A stretch of DNA of 64,000 bases. It comes from Berkelbacteria bacterium GW2011_GWE1_39_12 (GTDB taxonomy: Bacteria; Patescibacteriota; UBA1384; UBA12157). Location of the stretch: assembly GCA_001029735.1 (NCBI GenBank), contig CP011213.1, forward strand, positions 460,613-524,612, in the 5' to 3' direction. This document shows, piece by piece, positions 9,205 to 18,972 of this stretch. Within the stretch, counting starts at the first letter, position 1. Each line of letters opens with the position of its first letter. The notes under the pieces are model-generated. The model worked only from the letters and a program-made list of their open reading frames with translations, did not search any database and had not been told where the DNA came from. Position numbers and translations under genes: made by a program.

Positions 9205-10026
9205 TTATTTGTTTACGGTATTGTTTTTCATTACGCCTTCGACGCCGGCCCCTATGATCCTAAATTCCTCACGGGTGATTTCTTCCATTGCTGCAGCTCT
9301 TTCACCTGGATCTGTTAAATTCCATAGTTCATGGATCATACCAGTTAAGTCTTCTCTGACTTTTTCGTTGACGTCCCCAATGGTAGCCCAGGCAATCGGA
9401 ATCGGTTCTTTAACCGTTGTTGAAGAACCGTCTGATGTCGGAGCCTGTACTTCACGAACAATTCTCGCATGATCGCCCTTGCCGTCTGGCCACTGATCTT
9501 TTCTTATTGCTTGCAGTCGATTTTGAATGAAGTGAGCAGTATGCTTATCATCTTCACCGCAAATTTCGTAAATTTTCTCATTGAACTTTTTTTCATCAGC
9601 CCTGATAGTCTCGTCCGTATCCTTTCCAATATATTCCCCCTCGAACCTATTTGTTTGATGATAAACATCGCCGAGCTTCATGTTTAAATCTAAGACATCT
9701 CGATCGCTATTTGCAACAATACCTTCAGGGGTTCTTTTTGCTCCGCCAATATGGAACGCGGCAGCTGCTTCTGCCGGAAGTGCCATTCTGATGCCGCCCT
9801 GAATTTTTAGAAATTCTCTCGCACCCAGCTCTTTAGATTGGGCAGGTTGGCTAACCATCATTCCCATTAGAGCTGCAGCAGGGATTAAAAACTTGCCGCC
9901 AGGAAACTTCACCGCAAAATTAGCAAATCTTTCCATTAATCTTACACTATGTGTATCCGTTTCATGACCGTTTTCAGGTGCGACAAAATCTTCACCTTCT
10001 TGGCCTTGTGTCAGTTGTTCAGACAT
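9205..10026 (-). CDS. hypothetical protein (273 aa)
   Basis: Long ORF with RBS-like GGAGAAGAA upstream on the minus strand; no family recognised. Confidence 0.4.
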   Translation of the reverse strand: MSEQLTQGQEGEDFVAPENGHETDTHSVRLMERFANFAVKFPGGKFLIPAAALMGMMVSQPAQSKELGAREFLKIQGGIRMALPAEAAAAFHIGGAKRTPEGIVANSDRDVLDLNMKLGDVYHQTNRFEGEYIGKDTDETIRADEKKFNEKIYEICGEDDKHTAHFIQNRLQAIRKDQWPDGKGDHARIVREVQAPTSDGSSTTVKEPIPIAWATIGDVNEKVREDLTGMIHELWNLTDPGERAAAMEEITREEFRIIGAGVEGVMKNNTVNK

Positions 10027-10120
10027 TCTTCTCCTTTTTTAATTTCTATTAGTTTGATCTTACTAAACTTTGCCAAGATAATGCAATTGGAATATGGTAT
10101 ATTAAAGAAAAGGAGATAAC

Positions 10121-10429
10121 TTGATTGAAACAATGCCTTACGAGAAAATACCCGGAGCAGAACCGGAAAAGGAATCGAAAAGCCCATTGGAAGAAAATAT
10201 GGCTTTCTTGATGGAAGTTATGAGTGCAATTGGGCATTTTCAACAGATAGTCAAAGAAAATCAGGCGGAAATTAATTCTCTGGATGCGATTGTTGATTTG
10301 TCCGAGGATCAGTCCAAAATACTTCAGATGCTTAGAGAACATGTGACCCTAGATAAGTCAAAGATTCAAGAACTTGAAGAAAAGTTTTCAAATCTTTCAA
10401 TTGAACGCAAAAATCTTTTGAATTCATAA
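10121..10429 (+). CDS. hypothetical coiled-coil protein
   Basis: 102-aa ORF, acidic/coiled-coil composition; start uncertain. Confidence 0.3.
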   Translation: MIETMPYEKIPGAEPEKESKSPLEENMAFLMEVMSAIGHFQQIVKENQAEINSLDAIVDLSEDQSKILQMLREHVTLDKSKIQELEEKFSNLSIERKNLLNS

Positions 10430-10541
10430 ATAACTAATAGTGAAAAATAGGCTAAATCTCTTGATTTACTGCTTAATTTTAGGTAAAATGTAACAGATCG
10501 CGAAAACGGCAGCGCAAATATGTTTTGAAGGAGTCTTATGG

Positions 10542-10922
10542 ATGACTGCAAAAGATTTGATGGGAAAAATACCAGCATGCCTGACGGGAACGGACAAGAT
10601 CGTCGATGCAGCCAGATTGATGAAAGAACGGGGAATCGGCTCGATTGCGATAGTAGCGAGCCTCGACAGACTTGAGATCATCGGCATCATAACTGATCGT
10701 GATATTGTAAATGCTGTGGCCGATGGTATTTGCGGCGATAGCCAAATCTCGGCTATTATGAGTGGCGTTGCTCCCTTCGCTATAGTAGAGTGTGACGACA
10801 TAATTACCATCATAAACATGTTCATATCAAGTCAGGTCCGATGTTTGCCGGTCGTCGATGAAAACCGGTGCGTAGTCGGGGTGATTTCGATCTACGACAT
10901 TTGCGATTATTTCATACGTTGA
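10542..10922 (+). CDS. CBS-pair domain protein
   Basis: Two CBS-like repeats (IGSIAIV...GIITDRDIV; RCLPVVDENRCVVGVISIYDI). Confidence 0.7.
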   Translation: MTAKDLMGKIPACLTGTDKIVDAARLMKERGIGSIAIVASLDRLEIIGIITDRDIVNAVADGICGDSQISAIMSGVAPFAIVECDDIITIINMFISSQVRCLPVVDENRCVVGVISIYDICDYFIR

Positions 10923-10962
10923 TCACAGAGAGATCGTGAAAGCTGTTTTTTAGGATGGGACG

Positions 10963-11196
10963 ATGGCAACAAAAATTGTTGAAGTTGACGAAGCGGAATT
11001 AGAGAGTACCGTTCTTACATTATGCGGTCTATTTCCTGCCGGGATACCCATCTCGGCAATAATATCAGCATTAGCTCGAAGAAATATTCAAGTTGAGTCT
11101 GATGAAATTGTTTGCTTAATTGAAAAGCTTATCCGTTTTGAACGGTTAAGATTAAAAGCAATAGACAATTTACTTGTAGTAAAGTTAAATGTTTGA
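10963..11196 (+). CDS. hypothetical small protein
   Basis: 77-aa ORF only. Confidence 0.25.
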   Translation: MATKIVEVDEAELESTVLTLCGLFPAGIPISAIISALARRNIQVESDEIVCLIEKLIRFERLRLKAIDNLLVVKLNV

Positions 11197-11257
11197 ATTT
11201 AGGGCTAATTCCATAACACCGGGAGCATTGTCTTCCGGTTTTTTAGTAAAAATATAA

Positions 11258-11992
11258 TTACTTTAATCCATTCCATGCCATCTCGAAAATGGCGCGTTGG
11301 GTTTGGGCGATCTCTTTAGATTCAATGAGGACACCGAAAGGTTCGGGCGCATAAGTAATGATAATCATTTTATCAGCATAAATATTAATTTCGTTTTTAA
11401 TGGGGAAGATTTTGGAATCGGCGATTTTTACGGTTCGAAGTTGAGCGGTATTATCTTCGAGATATTTTTTTAGTTCAAGTGTGTTTTGGTATATCCCTCG
11501 AAGCTTGATGTTTTTGACAACGCGTCGTTTCACATAGTCAATCGAATAGTCCTCGAGATATTTTACAGTGTCGTTGGTGACATAAGCTAGTATCTCGTCG
11601 CCAGATTTAAGTGACGACAGAGTATCTTCGTATAATTGTTTGATCCCTTCAAAACCGGTAAAGTAGGCCACTTTTGGTTTCTTAGGGTTGGTGTTAAAAA
11701 TCGATTCCAATATTGGCAAATCGTTTTTGAGTTCTCGTTTTTGGGCTTCAATAATATCCAGAAGCTTTTCAGGCTGATGGGCGATAAAGTAGCGCTTTTT
11801 ATCTTCGAATGATTCGTAAATAAAACCCTGTTTTTGCAATCGATACAAAATATCGTAAGTCGTCGGCCGCTTGATATTGGATTTTTGGGCGACCGCGTTG
11901 GCCGTCGCTTTTTCAAGCTGAAGAAGGGCAAAATAAACTTCTTGCTCTTTTTGGTTGAACCCTAATTTTTCTAATGATTGTAAATATTGCAT
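11258..11992 (-). CDS. TrmB-family transcriptional regulator
   Basis: N-terminal winged HTH (LGFNQKEQEVYFALLQL...ATANAVAQKSNIKRPTTYDILYRLQKQGFI) and TrmB-like C-terminal domain. Confidence 0.7.
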   Translation of the reverse strand: MQYLQSLEKLGFNQKEQEVYFALLQLEKATANAVAQKSNIKRPTTYDILYRLQKQGFIYESFEDKKRYFIAHQPEKLLDIIEAQKRELKNDLPILESIFNTNPKKPKVAYFTGFEGIKQLYEDTLSSLKSGDEILAYVTNDTVKYLEDYSIDYVKRRVVKNIKLRGIYQNTLELKKYLEDNTAQLRTVKIADSKIFPIKNEINIYADKMIIITYAPEPFGVLIESKEIAQTQRAIFEMAWNGLK

Positions 11993-12004
11993 TTTTCTTT
12001 TTCT

Positions 12005-12066
12005 GTCATCGCGAGCCGAAGCGTGGCGATCTATAGATTGCTTCGTCGCAAGCTTCTCGCAATGAC
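12005..12066. repeat. palindromic intergenic element GTCATCGCGAG...CTCGCAATGAC
   Basis: Same terminal inverted repeat family as 3034-3098; internal ATCTATAGAT palindrome. Confidence 0.5.
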
Positions 12067-12280
12067 TAATATATTTGTCGAAAACTACCGACTAAATACA
12101 TTATAACACAGCTAAATTAACCTGTCAATAAATAAGACGAAAACACTTGACAATATAATTGATTTATGATACAGTACTCTGTTCAGGATTAGATATCATC
12201 TAATCTGATCGTACCTTAATGTCATCCCGGTCTAGATCCGGGATCCATATTTGCCGGCGGGCTAACGCGGAGGAGAAAAG

Positions 12281-12920
12281 GATGAAATCTCAGAGTTTCC
12301 GTAATTATAAAATCGGAGCTAAGGTTACCTTTTTGGTCATGATTGCTGAATCGATCTTCTGGCTGGTCTGGATGTTCTCTAGACCAATTCCGTCTTTGTC
12401 CTACATGGGTATAAAGGTCAACATGTGGTTCACAGATCTGGTCTTACTTTTCCTCTTATTTATTCCCGCCATTGCATTAACCATGATGTTTGTTGGACAT
12501 TGGGATGATTCGGAATGGGAGAGAAGTGATGAAATGCGGGGAATGATGACGACGGTAAGCGGGGCTGCCGGAATTGTTGCGATTCTAATGACACTCGTAG
12601 TAAGTCCTTCAGCTTTTCCTATCTCTCTGGTTTTTTTGATTACAATACCAATTTTAACCGGATTGTTTTCAAGTGGTGGTTATCTATGGGTTGTCTTAAA
12701 TTCGGCCCCGATATCTGTAGGCTGTTTGGCGATTGTTATTGCACTTCAATATGGTCTTGGCGTCGGATTAGCTAGTTGGATGATTGGCTTGGTAGTCTGT
12801 GAGATTCTGCTGGCAGGAGCCTATGGATTTGGTAGAATAGTTAGATTTGTGATTCGCATGGCTTTTTTGCTATTTACGAAACTACCATGGAGAGCAATAG
12901 GTCGATGGGTTGTAAAGTGA
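12281..12920 (+). CDS. hypothetical polytopic membrane protein
   Basis: Several hydrophobic segments; internal ATG with GGAGGAGAAAAGG RBS preferred over the ORF-track start. Confidence 0.4.
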
Positions 12921-13428
12921 TCGAACTGGTCGGCTGGCGGAGAAATCCGCCGGCCCAAACCTCGGATGCATTATTAAAATATAGTGCATCGGAGAGCTTG
13001 AAATCGCACTTTGACAATTTGAAGGAGGAATTTTAATTGAAATCGATTGTTTGGGCCATCTGTTTCCTTGCTATGGTTTTCCCGATTATGGTGATGAGAG
13101 GGGAAAAATATTCATGGCGTTTCTGGATGATAATTATCATTGGTAGTGTTTTTGTCGGGAATATCACAGCAAAAATATTCCAGTAAATTCAATGCACGAG
13201 GATCGCAGGAGGGAAAAAAATGGAATTCATTTGTAATTTTGTGGTAGCTATGATAATCGTTGAAATCATTGTTCGTTTGAGAAAGAAGTGGAGGTAAAGA
13301 AGAAGGGTGAAAAAATGATCAATAACCACCGGGTGGCGAAGCGCTTCCCGGTTTTTTTTAATAATAAAAATATTTGTTCTGGATACCGGATCCTGCTTGT
13401 AGCCGGTCCGGCATGACAAGTCAAATAA

Positions 13429-13512
13429 AAAAGCGCGAAACTGCATATTAGATCCCTCGACTGCGCTCGGGATGACAACCTTTAGTGTCATTCCGACCAA
13501 CGTGGAGGAATC
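13429..13512 (+). repeat. 84-bp direct repeat, copy 1
   Basis: Identical to 13918-14001; contains the CTCGACTGCGCTCGGGATGACA and GTCATTCCGACCAACGTGGAGGAATC motif family. Confidence 0.8.
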
Positions 13513-13532
13513 TGTCGTGTGACATTATAGTA

Positions 13533-13566
13533 ACAAAAAAGCGCCAGGATTAATTAGGCGCTTGTA
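13533..13566 (-). terminator. rho-independent terminator for the minus-strand 98-aa gene
   Basis: AAGCGCC/GGCGCTT stem followed by a T-run on the minus strand. Confidence 0.5.
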
Positions 13567-13568
13567 TT

Positions 13569-13865
13569 TTATGTGAAGGACAGTTCGATCTCGAAAATCT
13601 GTCGGTTATCTTCCTGGGAAAGATAATAAAGAATATGAGCGACGGCTTCCAGGATGCTATGTTCAGAGTTATCGTAGCTTGCTGTCCCAGCAAAGAGAAT
13701 CACTTTGTCCCATTTCGGTAAGCATACTTTGAAGAACGCTTCGTCTGAATCGTCAGGCAGGATCTTGACATCGCATTCTCTTCCGATTAGGTCTTTTAGC
13801 TGTTGCACTAAGCTGGATGCGAGCTCATCATCGTATAACCAGTTTGGAATGTTCAGATTATGCAT
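13569..13865 (-). CDS. hypothetical protein (98 aa) between the 84-bp direct repeats
   Basis: ORF with GGAGGTGAACC RBS on the minus strand; no recognised family. Confidence 0.35.
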   Translation of the reverse strand: MHNLNIPNWLYDDELASSLVQQLKDLIGRECDVKILPDDSDEAFFKVCLPKWDKVILFAGTASYDNSEHSILEAVAHILYYLSQEDNRQIFEIELSFT

Positions 13866-13917
13866 GGTTCACCTCCTTTTGTGACATTAAAACATAGCAT
13901 AAGTATCAAGTAATGTC

Positions 13918-14001
13918 AATAAAGCGCGAAACTGCATATTAGATCCCTCGACTGCGCTCGGGATGACAACCTTTAGTGTCATTCCGACCAACGTGGAGGA
14001 A
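13918..14001 (+). repeat. 84-bp direct repeat, copy 2
   Basis: 100 percent identical to copy 1. Confidence 0.8.
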
Positions 14002-14506
14002 TCCTTCATGAATGTGGCAATAATGTACAAAAAAGTGCGAAACAGTGCGCGCTCCATATTTTTTAAGCATAACAAAAAAGCGCGATCGAGATGCGGTCCA
14101 TTAATTTTAATTATAAACCGATCGTCGCGCTTTGTTGAGTAAAGACTTATGAGTTCTATCCTACCTTTACCAGCTGCCTGGTGAACGTAAGATTGGAAGC
14201 CTTTAATCCCACTCCTTTTAATAATGTGCTTGGGTAAGCTCTAGTGAAGTCTTTGAGAAGCGAACTTATCCACAATTTGTTAATGGGATTATATTAGTAT
14301 AAAACATACGTCAACGTTTGTCAAGCGTTTAACCTTATAGCGCTGTCTTAAATTAATTAATTTGTTTTACGAAAATGTATTTTAAACCTGTTAATAATGT
14401 AAATAATTGTTTTTGGTCGCTGATTGATCTTTTGCTCCGAAAATGATATAATGGAATCACTGGGTATCAACCTGTTTTAACTTTTGGTATTCAGAGGGGA
14501 AAAATA

Positions 14507-14620
14507 ACGCCCCACTTCGCTAAAGCTTCGCGGGACACACTTCGCTCAAATTACAACAGTTAATGGAGCGGCTTGCCACGCGTAGCCCGATGCGGAGCAG
14601 AGGGCGAAGTGTGGAGGGAT
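14507..14620 (+). promoter_or_regulatory. conserved leader element, copy A (about 112 nt), ending in the SD GGAGGG 8 nt before the ftsK ATG
   Basis: Three-copy element (also 18870-18972 and 29189-29289); conserved CACACTTCGC ... GCGAAGTGTG long-range inverted repeat next to the SD; internal hairpin with a G-U/A-U substitution between copies. Confidence 0.6.
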
Positions 14621-14626
14621 TTTTTT

Positions 14627-16870
14627 ATGGCCAAGAGAAAGTACAGACGAAAAGGTCAACGACTTTCAGTCTGGGAAGAAATGGATTGGAGTGTACAACC
14701 GGAGACAGCAAAATCGGTTACTTCAGTCATTTTGATTATCTTGGGCTTAATCATTTTATTAGGTATTTTTGGACTCGCCGGCGTTACTGGAAAATTTTTC
14801 TTACGTCTTTCAACTGATCTCTGGGGATTATTGGGATATTTAATTCCCTTTATTTTTCTTACCTACGGAGTTGGACTCTTAATTAAAAGCGAACGTTTTC
14901 AAATAAAGCCGATGACGGTTGTCGGCACTGTTTTATTGATGATATTTTTGCCGGCGCTTATTCACCCGGTCGGCGGAGCTATCGGCGGTGGTATTAGAAG
15001 CCTATTTGTGGCAATGGTTGGTTTCTACGCCAGCTTAATTTTGCTTTTTGGTTTAACCATTGTGGGATTGCTTGTGACGATGAATACTTCCATTGTTGAT
15101 CTTTGGCAGCGAATAAAACCGGAGAGTGGCGGGGAAGCGTCTGGTGGCGGAGTTCGTGTGAATGAAAACGGCGCTCGAGCATCGGTTTTCACCTTGCCCA
15201 ATCGCCAAGCACCTCAGCCTCATAGCAGTATGATTCAGCCTTTCCAGGGCGGGGACAAAACATGGAACTTTCCCCCGCTTGATTTATTGGAAACTGGGTC
15301 AGGTAAAGCCACCTCTGGGAACATCCCAAAGAACGTCGATATTATTCAAAAGACTCTATCTGATTTTGGCGTACCGGTGGCGATGGGTGATGTTAATGTT
15401 GGTCCGACAGTTACGCAATATACATTAAAGCCTGGGACTTCGGTTAAACTAAATCAAATTACGGCTCGCGCCAATGATCTTTCCTTAGCTCTGGCTCAGC
15501 ACCCGATTCGTATCGAAGCGCCAATTCCGGGAAAATCTGCCGTTGGTATAGAAATTCCAAACAAAACTTTTGCCACTGTTTCACTCCGCGAAGTTTTGGA
15601 AAGTGAAGAATGCAAAGCTTCAAAATCCAACCTTACTTTAGCCATTGGCCGCGATGTTGCCGGTCAAGCTGTGGCCGCCGATCTAAAACAAATGCCTCAC
15701 CTTCTGATCGCTGGTGCGACTGGTTCAGGAAAATCGGTTGGTATCAACGCCATGATTTTATCTTTGCTTTATCAGAACTCGCCAAATGACCTAAGATTGA
15801 TTTTAGTTGACCCTAAACGTGTTGAATTTACTCATTATAATGACGTACCGCATCTTCTTTGCCCGGTTGTTTTCGATGTCGATAAAACCGTTTCGGCGCT
15901 CCGCTGGGCGGTGGCGGAAATGGATCGACGTTTCAGAGTTTTGCAGGAAACCGGAAGACGCAATATTGAAGCTTATAATCAAAATCCGCCAAACGGAAAA
16001 CTACCTTACATTGTTATTTTTATCGATGAGTTGGCTGATCTTATGGCTCAAGCTGGGAATGAAGTGGAATCGGCAATTGTGCGTCTGGCCCAGATGGCCA
16101 GAGCCGTTGGTATTCACTTGGTTGTGGCAACTCAGCGTCCTTCTGTCGACGTTATCACTGGTTTGATTAAGGCTAATATTACTAACCGTATTGCTTTTGC
16201 GGTCGCCTCTCAAATTGATTCCCGTACTATTCTGGACGCTTCTGGCGCTGAAAAACTTTTGGGCAAAGGTGATATGCTCTGGTTGGGTAACGATCTCGGT
16301 AAGCCAAAACGTATCCAAGGTGTTTTAATTACAGATAAAGAAGTTGATAAAATTACTAATTTCTTAAAGAATGAAAGTGCGCCGCAATATGACGAAACAA
16401 TTTTATCCTATCATACGCCGTCGCAAGGCGGAGTGGGCGGCGGAGGCGATATGAGTTCTTCTGACGATCTTTATAATGAAGCCAAGGAAGTCGTAGTGAT
16501 GGCTGGCAAAGCATCGGCCTCGCTCTTGCAAAGACGTCTGCGGGTCGGTTATGCTCGAGCTGCCAGACTTTTAGATATGTTGGAATCAGAGGGAATAATT
16601 GGTCCGGCTGATGGCGCCAAGCCACGTGACGTGATGATAGACCCCGTCGCTTTAGAGCACGAAAGAAATCAAGCCTCAATGCCGATGAACCAAGCACCTC
16701 AGGCTCATTTTGCGCCGACGCCATCTGGATTTAGCCGTCCGACTTCACCTGAACCGCAATATACTCAAGAACCGGCATTACCTCAAGCGCCTCAATATCC
16801 TGCAGATGGTCCTGATGAATTTACAATTAATGGCGGCACTGAAAACGATGTAGATAATTTTGGAAGGTAA
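14627..16870 (+). CDS. ftsK: DNA translocase FtsK/SpoIIIE
   Basis: N-terminal TM segments, Walker A GATGSGKS, C-terminal winged-helix gamma domain; the ORF-track N-terminal extension lies inside the repeat, so ATG 14627 is preferred. Confidence 0.9.
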   Translation: MAKRKYRRKGQRLSVWEEMDWSVQPETAKSVTSVILIILGLIILLGIFGLAGVTGKFFLRLSTDLWGLLGYLIPFIFLTYGVGLLIKSERFQIKPMTVVGTVLLMIFLPALIHPVGGAIGGGIRSLFVAMVGFYASLILLFGLTIVGLLVTMNTSIVDLWQRIKPESGGEASGGGVRVNENGARASVFTLPNRQAPQPHSSMIQPFQGGDKTWNFPPLDLLETGSGKATSGNIPKNVDIIQKTLSDFGVPVAMGDVNVGPTVTQYTLKPGTSVKLNQITARANDLSLALAQHPIRIEAPIPGKSAVGIEIPNKTFATVSLREVLESEECKASKSNLTLAIGRDVAGQAVAADLKQMPHLLIAGATGSGKSVGINAMILSLLYQNSPNDLRLILVDPKRVEFTHYNDVPHLLCPVVFDVDKTVSALRWAVAEMDRRFRVLQETGRRNIEAYNQNPPNGKLPYIVIFIDELADLMAQAGNEVESAIVRLAQMARAVGIHLVVATQRPSVDVITGLIKANITNRIAFAVASQIDSRTILDASGAEKLLGKGDMLWLGNDLGKPKRIQGVLITDKEVDKITNFLKNESAPQYDETILSYHTPSQGGVGGGGDMSSSDDLYNEAKEVVVMAGKASASLLQRRLRVGYARAARLLDMLESEGIIGPADGAKPRDVMIDPVALEHERNQASMPMNQAPQAHFAPTPSGFSRPTSPEPQYTQEPALPQAPQYPADGPDEFTINGGTENDVDNFGR

Positions 16871-16871
16871 A

Positions 16872-17600
16872 ATGGATCAACGAAACGAACAACTAAAAGA
16901 ACTGTTAGAATCTGAAAAGCAAGAATTTTTAGCGGTTATGAGTCATGAACTCCGTACTCCCATGACTGGAGTCAAGGGTTACTTGTCGATGGTTTTAGAT
17001 GGCGACGCAGGTCCTATTTCTGACGACGTCAAAGAATATGTTTCAGAGGCATATGTTGCCAATGATCGGTTGATTCGCTTGGTTGATCACATGATGAAAG
17101 TTGTCGCTATCCAAGAAGGAAACTTACGATTCGATATTAAAAAAGTTGATCTAGTTCAAACGGTAGAGATGTTAACTCATGATTTTGCCGAACCAGCCAA
17201 AGAGAAGAACTTAACAATTGTTTATGAGAAGCCTGATCATCAAATTTTCGTTTCAGCTGACCCTGACAGATTAAGAGAACTTTTAATGAATTTAATCTCG
17301 AATGCGATAAAGTTTACGCAAGAAGGCTCAATTACGATTAGCCATCGCAACATCAACCACCATTTAGAGGTAGTAGATATTAAAGATACCGGCATTGGAA
17401 TTGACCGCCAACAACAATCAAGGATATTTGAAATTTTTTCAAAAGCTAATTTAAGTTTATCAGGTCAAGAAAAAGGTACCGGGCTTGGGCTTTTCTTAGC
17501 CAATAAGTTTGCTGAAGCACAAGATGGAAAGATTTGGCTAGATAGTTCCGAAGTGGGTGTTGGCAGTACTTTTTCCGCCGCTTTTGAAAAAGTGGATTAA
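16872..17600 (+). CDS. soluble histidine kinase (HisKA + HATPase_c only)
   Basis: H-box MSHELRTPMTGVKGY; N, G1 and G2 boxes; no TM or sensor domain. Confidence 0.8.
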   Translation: MDQRNEQLKELLESEKQEFLAVMSHELRTPMTGVKGYLSMVLDGDAGPISDDVKEYVSEAYVANDRLIRLVDHMMKVVAIQEGNLRFDIKKVDLVQTVEMLTHDFAEPAKEKNLTIVYEKPDHQIFVSADPDRLRELLMNLISNAIKFTQEGSITISHRNINHHLEVVDIKDTGIGIDRQQQSRIFEIFSKANLSLSGQEKGTGLGLFLANKFAEAQDGKIWLDSSEVGVGSTFSAAFEKVD

Positions 17601-17618
17601 CATGAAACTAGGAGTAAT

Positions 17619-17987
17619 ATGTCTAAAATTTTAATCGTTGAAGATGATCCGGTCCTCAGTAAAATGTACGCTAAAAAGTTTGAAAAAGATGGCTTTGATG
17701 TAACTTCGGCTTATGATGGGCAAGAAGCGGTTGATAAAATTAATGGAAATAAGTTTGACGTCGTTTTGCTTGATATAATGCTTCCAAAACTCGATGGCTT
17801 TGCTGTTTTAAAAAATATCAAAGAAAACTCTAAATTTAAAGATTTACCTGTCATTTTATCGACCAATCTTGGTGGCGGAGAGCAAGATAAGACTAAAGGT
17901 GAGCAAATGGGCGCTGTTGACTACTTAGTCAAATCGGATTTTACGCCAAGTGAAATTGTTGAAAAAGTAAAAGCGCATATAAAGTGA
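17619..17987 (+). CDS. single-domain response regulator (CheY-like receiver)
   Basis: ILIVEDD...DVVLLDIMLPKLDG...K motifs; 122 aa, no output domain. Confidence 0.85.
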   Translation: MSKILIVEDDPVLSKMYAKKFEKDGFDVTSAYDGQEAVDKINGNKFDVVLLDIMLPKLDGFAVLKNIKENSKFKDLPVILSTNLGGGEQDKTKGEQMGAVDYLVKSDFTPSEIVEKVKAHIK

Positions 17988-18020
17988 GCATCGAATAATC
18001 CCTCGGCTTAAAGGAGAACA

Positions 18021-18386
18021 ATGTCCAAGATATTGATGATTGAAGACGATATAATGTTGGCTCAGATGTATCAACGTAAATTAGAGGAGAACGGCTTATC
18101 GGTAAAGCTCGCTTATTCTGGTACGGAAGGCTTAGCGGAAGCGCAAATGGAAAAGCCTGATCTAATTTTACTCGACATCATGATGCCGAAGATGAATGGC
18201 TTTGATGTTTTAAAGCGTCTGAAAGAAAATATTATCTTGAAGGAAATTCCTGTAATTGTATTAACGGCTTTAACTCAAGACAGCGACAGAGAAGAAAGTA
18301 AAAAGTTAGGAGCTGTCGATTACTTAATTAAATCTGATTTTACGCCTGGTCAAATAATCGATAAAATTCAGAAATATCTGAAATAA
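18021..18386 (+). CDS. single-domain response regulator (receiver only)
   Basis: Paralogue of the previous gene, 121 aa. Confidence 0.85.
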   Translation: MSKILMIEDDIMLAQMYQRKLEENGLSVKLAYSGTEGLAEAQMEKPDLILLDIMMPKMNGFDVLKRLKENIILKEIPVIVLTALTQDSDREESKKLGAVDYLIKSDFTPGQIIDKIQKYLK

Positions 18387-18494
18387 AATTTAGTTGAAAT
18401 TCCATAAAATTCATCAAGCGAAATCTTTATAAAGCATTTTGCTTTGCAAGCTACGCTTATAGACTTTCGACTAAAGCGACCAAAGGGAGCGGTT

Positions 18495-18869
18495 ATGGCT
18501 AAAATTTTGATTGTCGAAGACGATGTAACACTTTCCAAAATGTACCAGAAGAAGTTAATGCTGGCCGGGTATGCTGTCGAAGCATCTTTTAATGGTAAAG
18601 ATGCAGTTGTAAAAACCGCTGAAGAAATGCCAGATTTGGTCTTACTTGATATAATGTTACCAGGAATTGATGGCTTCGAAGTGGTGAAACAATTGAAAGC
18701 CAATAAGAAAACAGCGAGTATCCCGATTATTATTTTGACTAACCTTGGGACATCAGAAGTTTTTATTGATGAAGCTAAAATGCTAGGTGTACAGCAATAC
18801 CTAGTGAAGTATAAGACTTCTGGGACAGAGTTAGTTGAGAAAATAAAGGAAGAATTAGAAATTAATTAA
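18495..18869 (+). CDS. single-domain response regulator (receiver only)
   Basis: MAKILIVEDD start with AAGGGAG RBS; the upstream part of the ORF-track ORF is probably untranslated. Confidence 0.8.
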   Translation: MAKILIVEDDVTLSKMYQKKLMLAGYAVEASFNGKDAVVKTAEEMPDLVLLDIMLPGIDGFEVVKQLKANKKTASIPIIILTNLGTSEVFIDEAKMLGVQQYLVKYKTSGTELVEKIKEELEIN

Positions 18870-18972
18870 ACGCCCCACTTCGCTAAAGCTTTGCGGGACA
18901 CACTTCGCTCCAAATAGAGTGAGGCTTGTCACGCATAGCCCGATGCGGAGCTGAGGGCGAAGTGTGGAGGGG
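18870..18972 (+). promoter_or_regulatory. conserved leader element, copy B
   Basis: About 90 percent identical to copy A; immediately 5' of the GAF-PAS kinase. Confidence 0.6.

Noticed and set aside
13037-13186. TTG-initiated 49-aa hydrophobic ORF with AAGGAGG RBS
   Set aside because: Plausible small membrane protein but too short and unconserved to call from sequence alone.
14573-14626. ORF-track N-terminal extensions MPRVARCGAEGEVWR (ftsK) and MSRIARCGAEGEVWRG (18926 kinase) that look like a shared conserved peptide
   Set aside because: They are translations of the repeated non-coding leader element; the frame is not conserved in copy C. For ftsK the downstream ATG with the SD from the element is the likely start.
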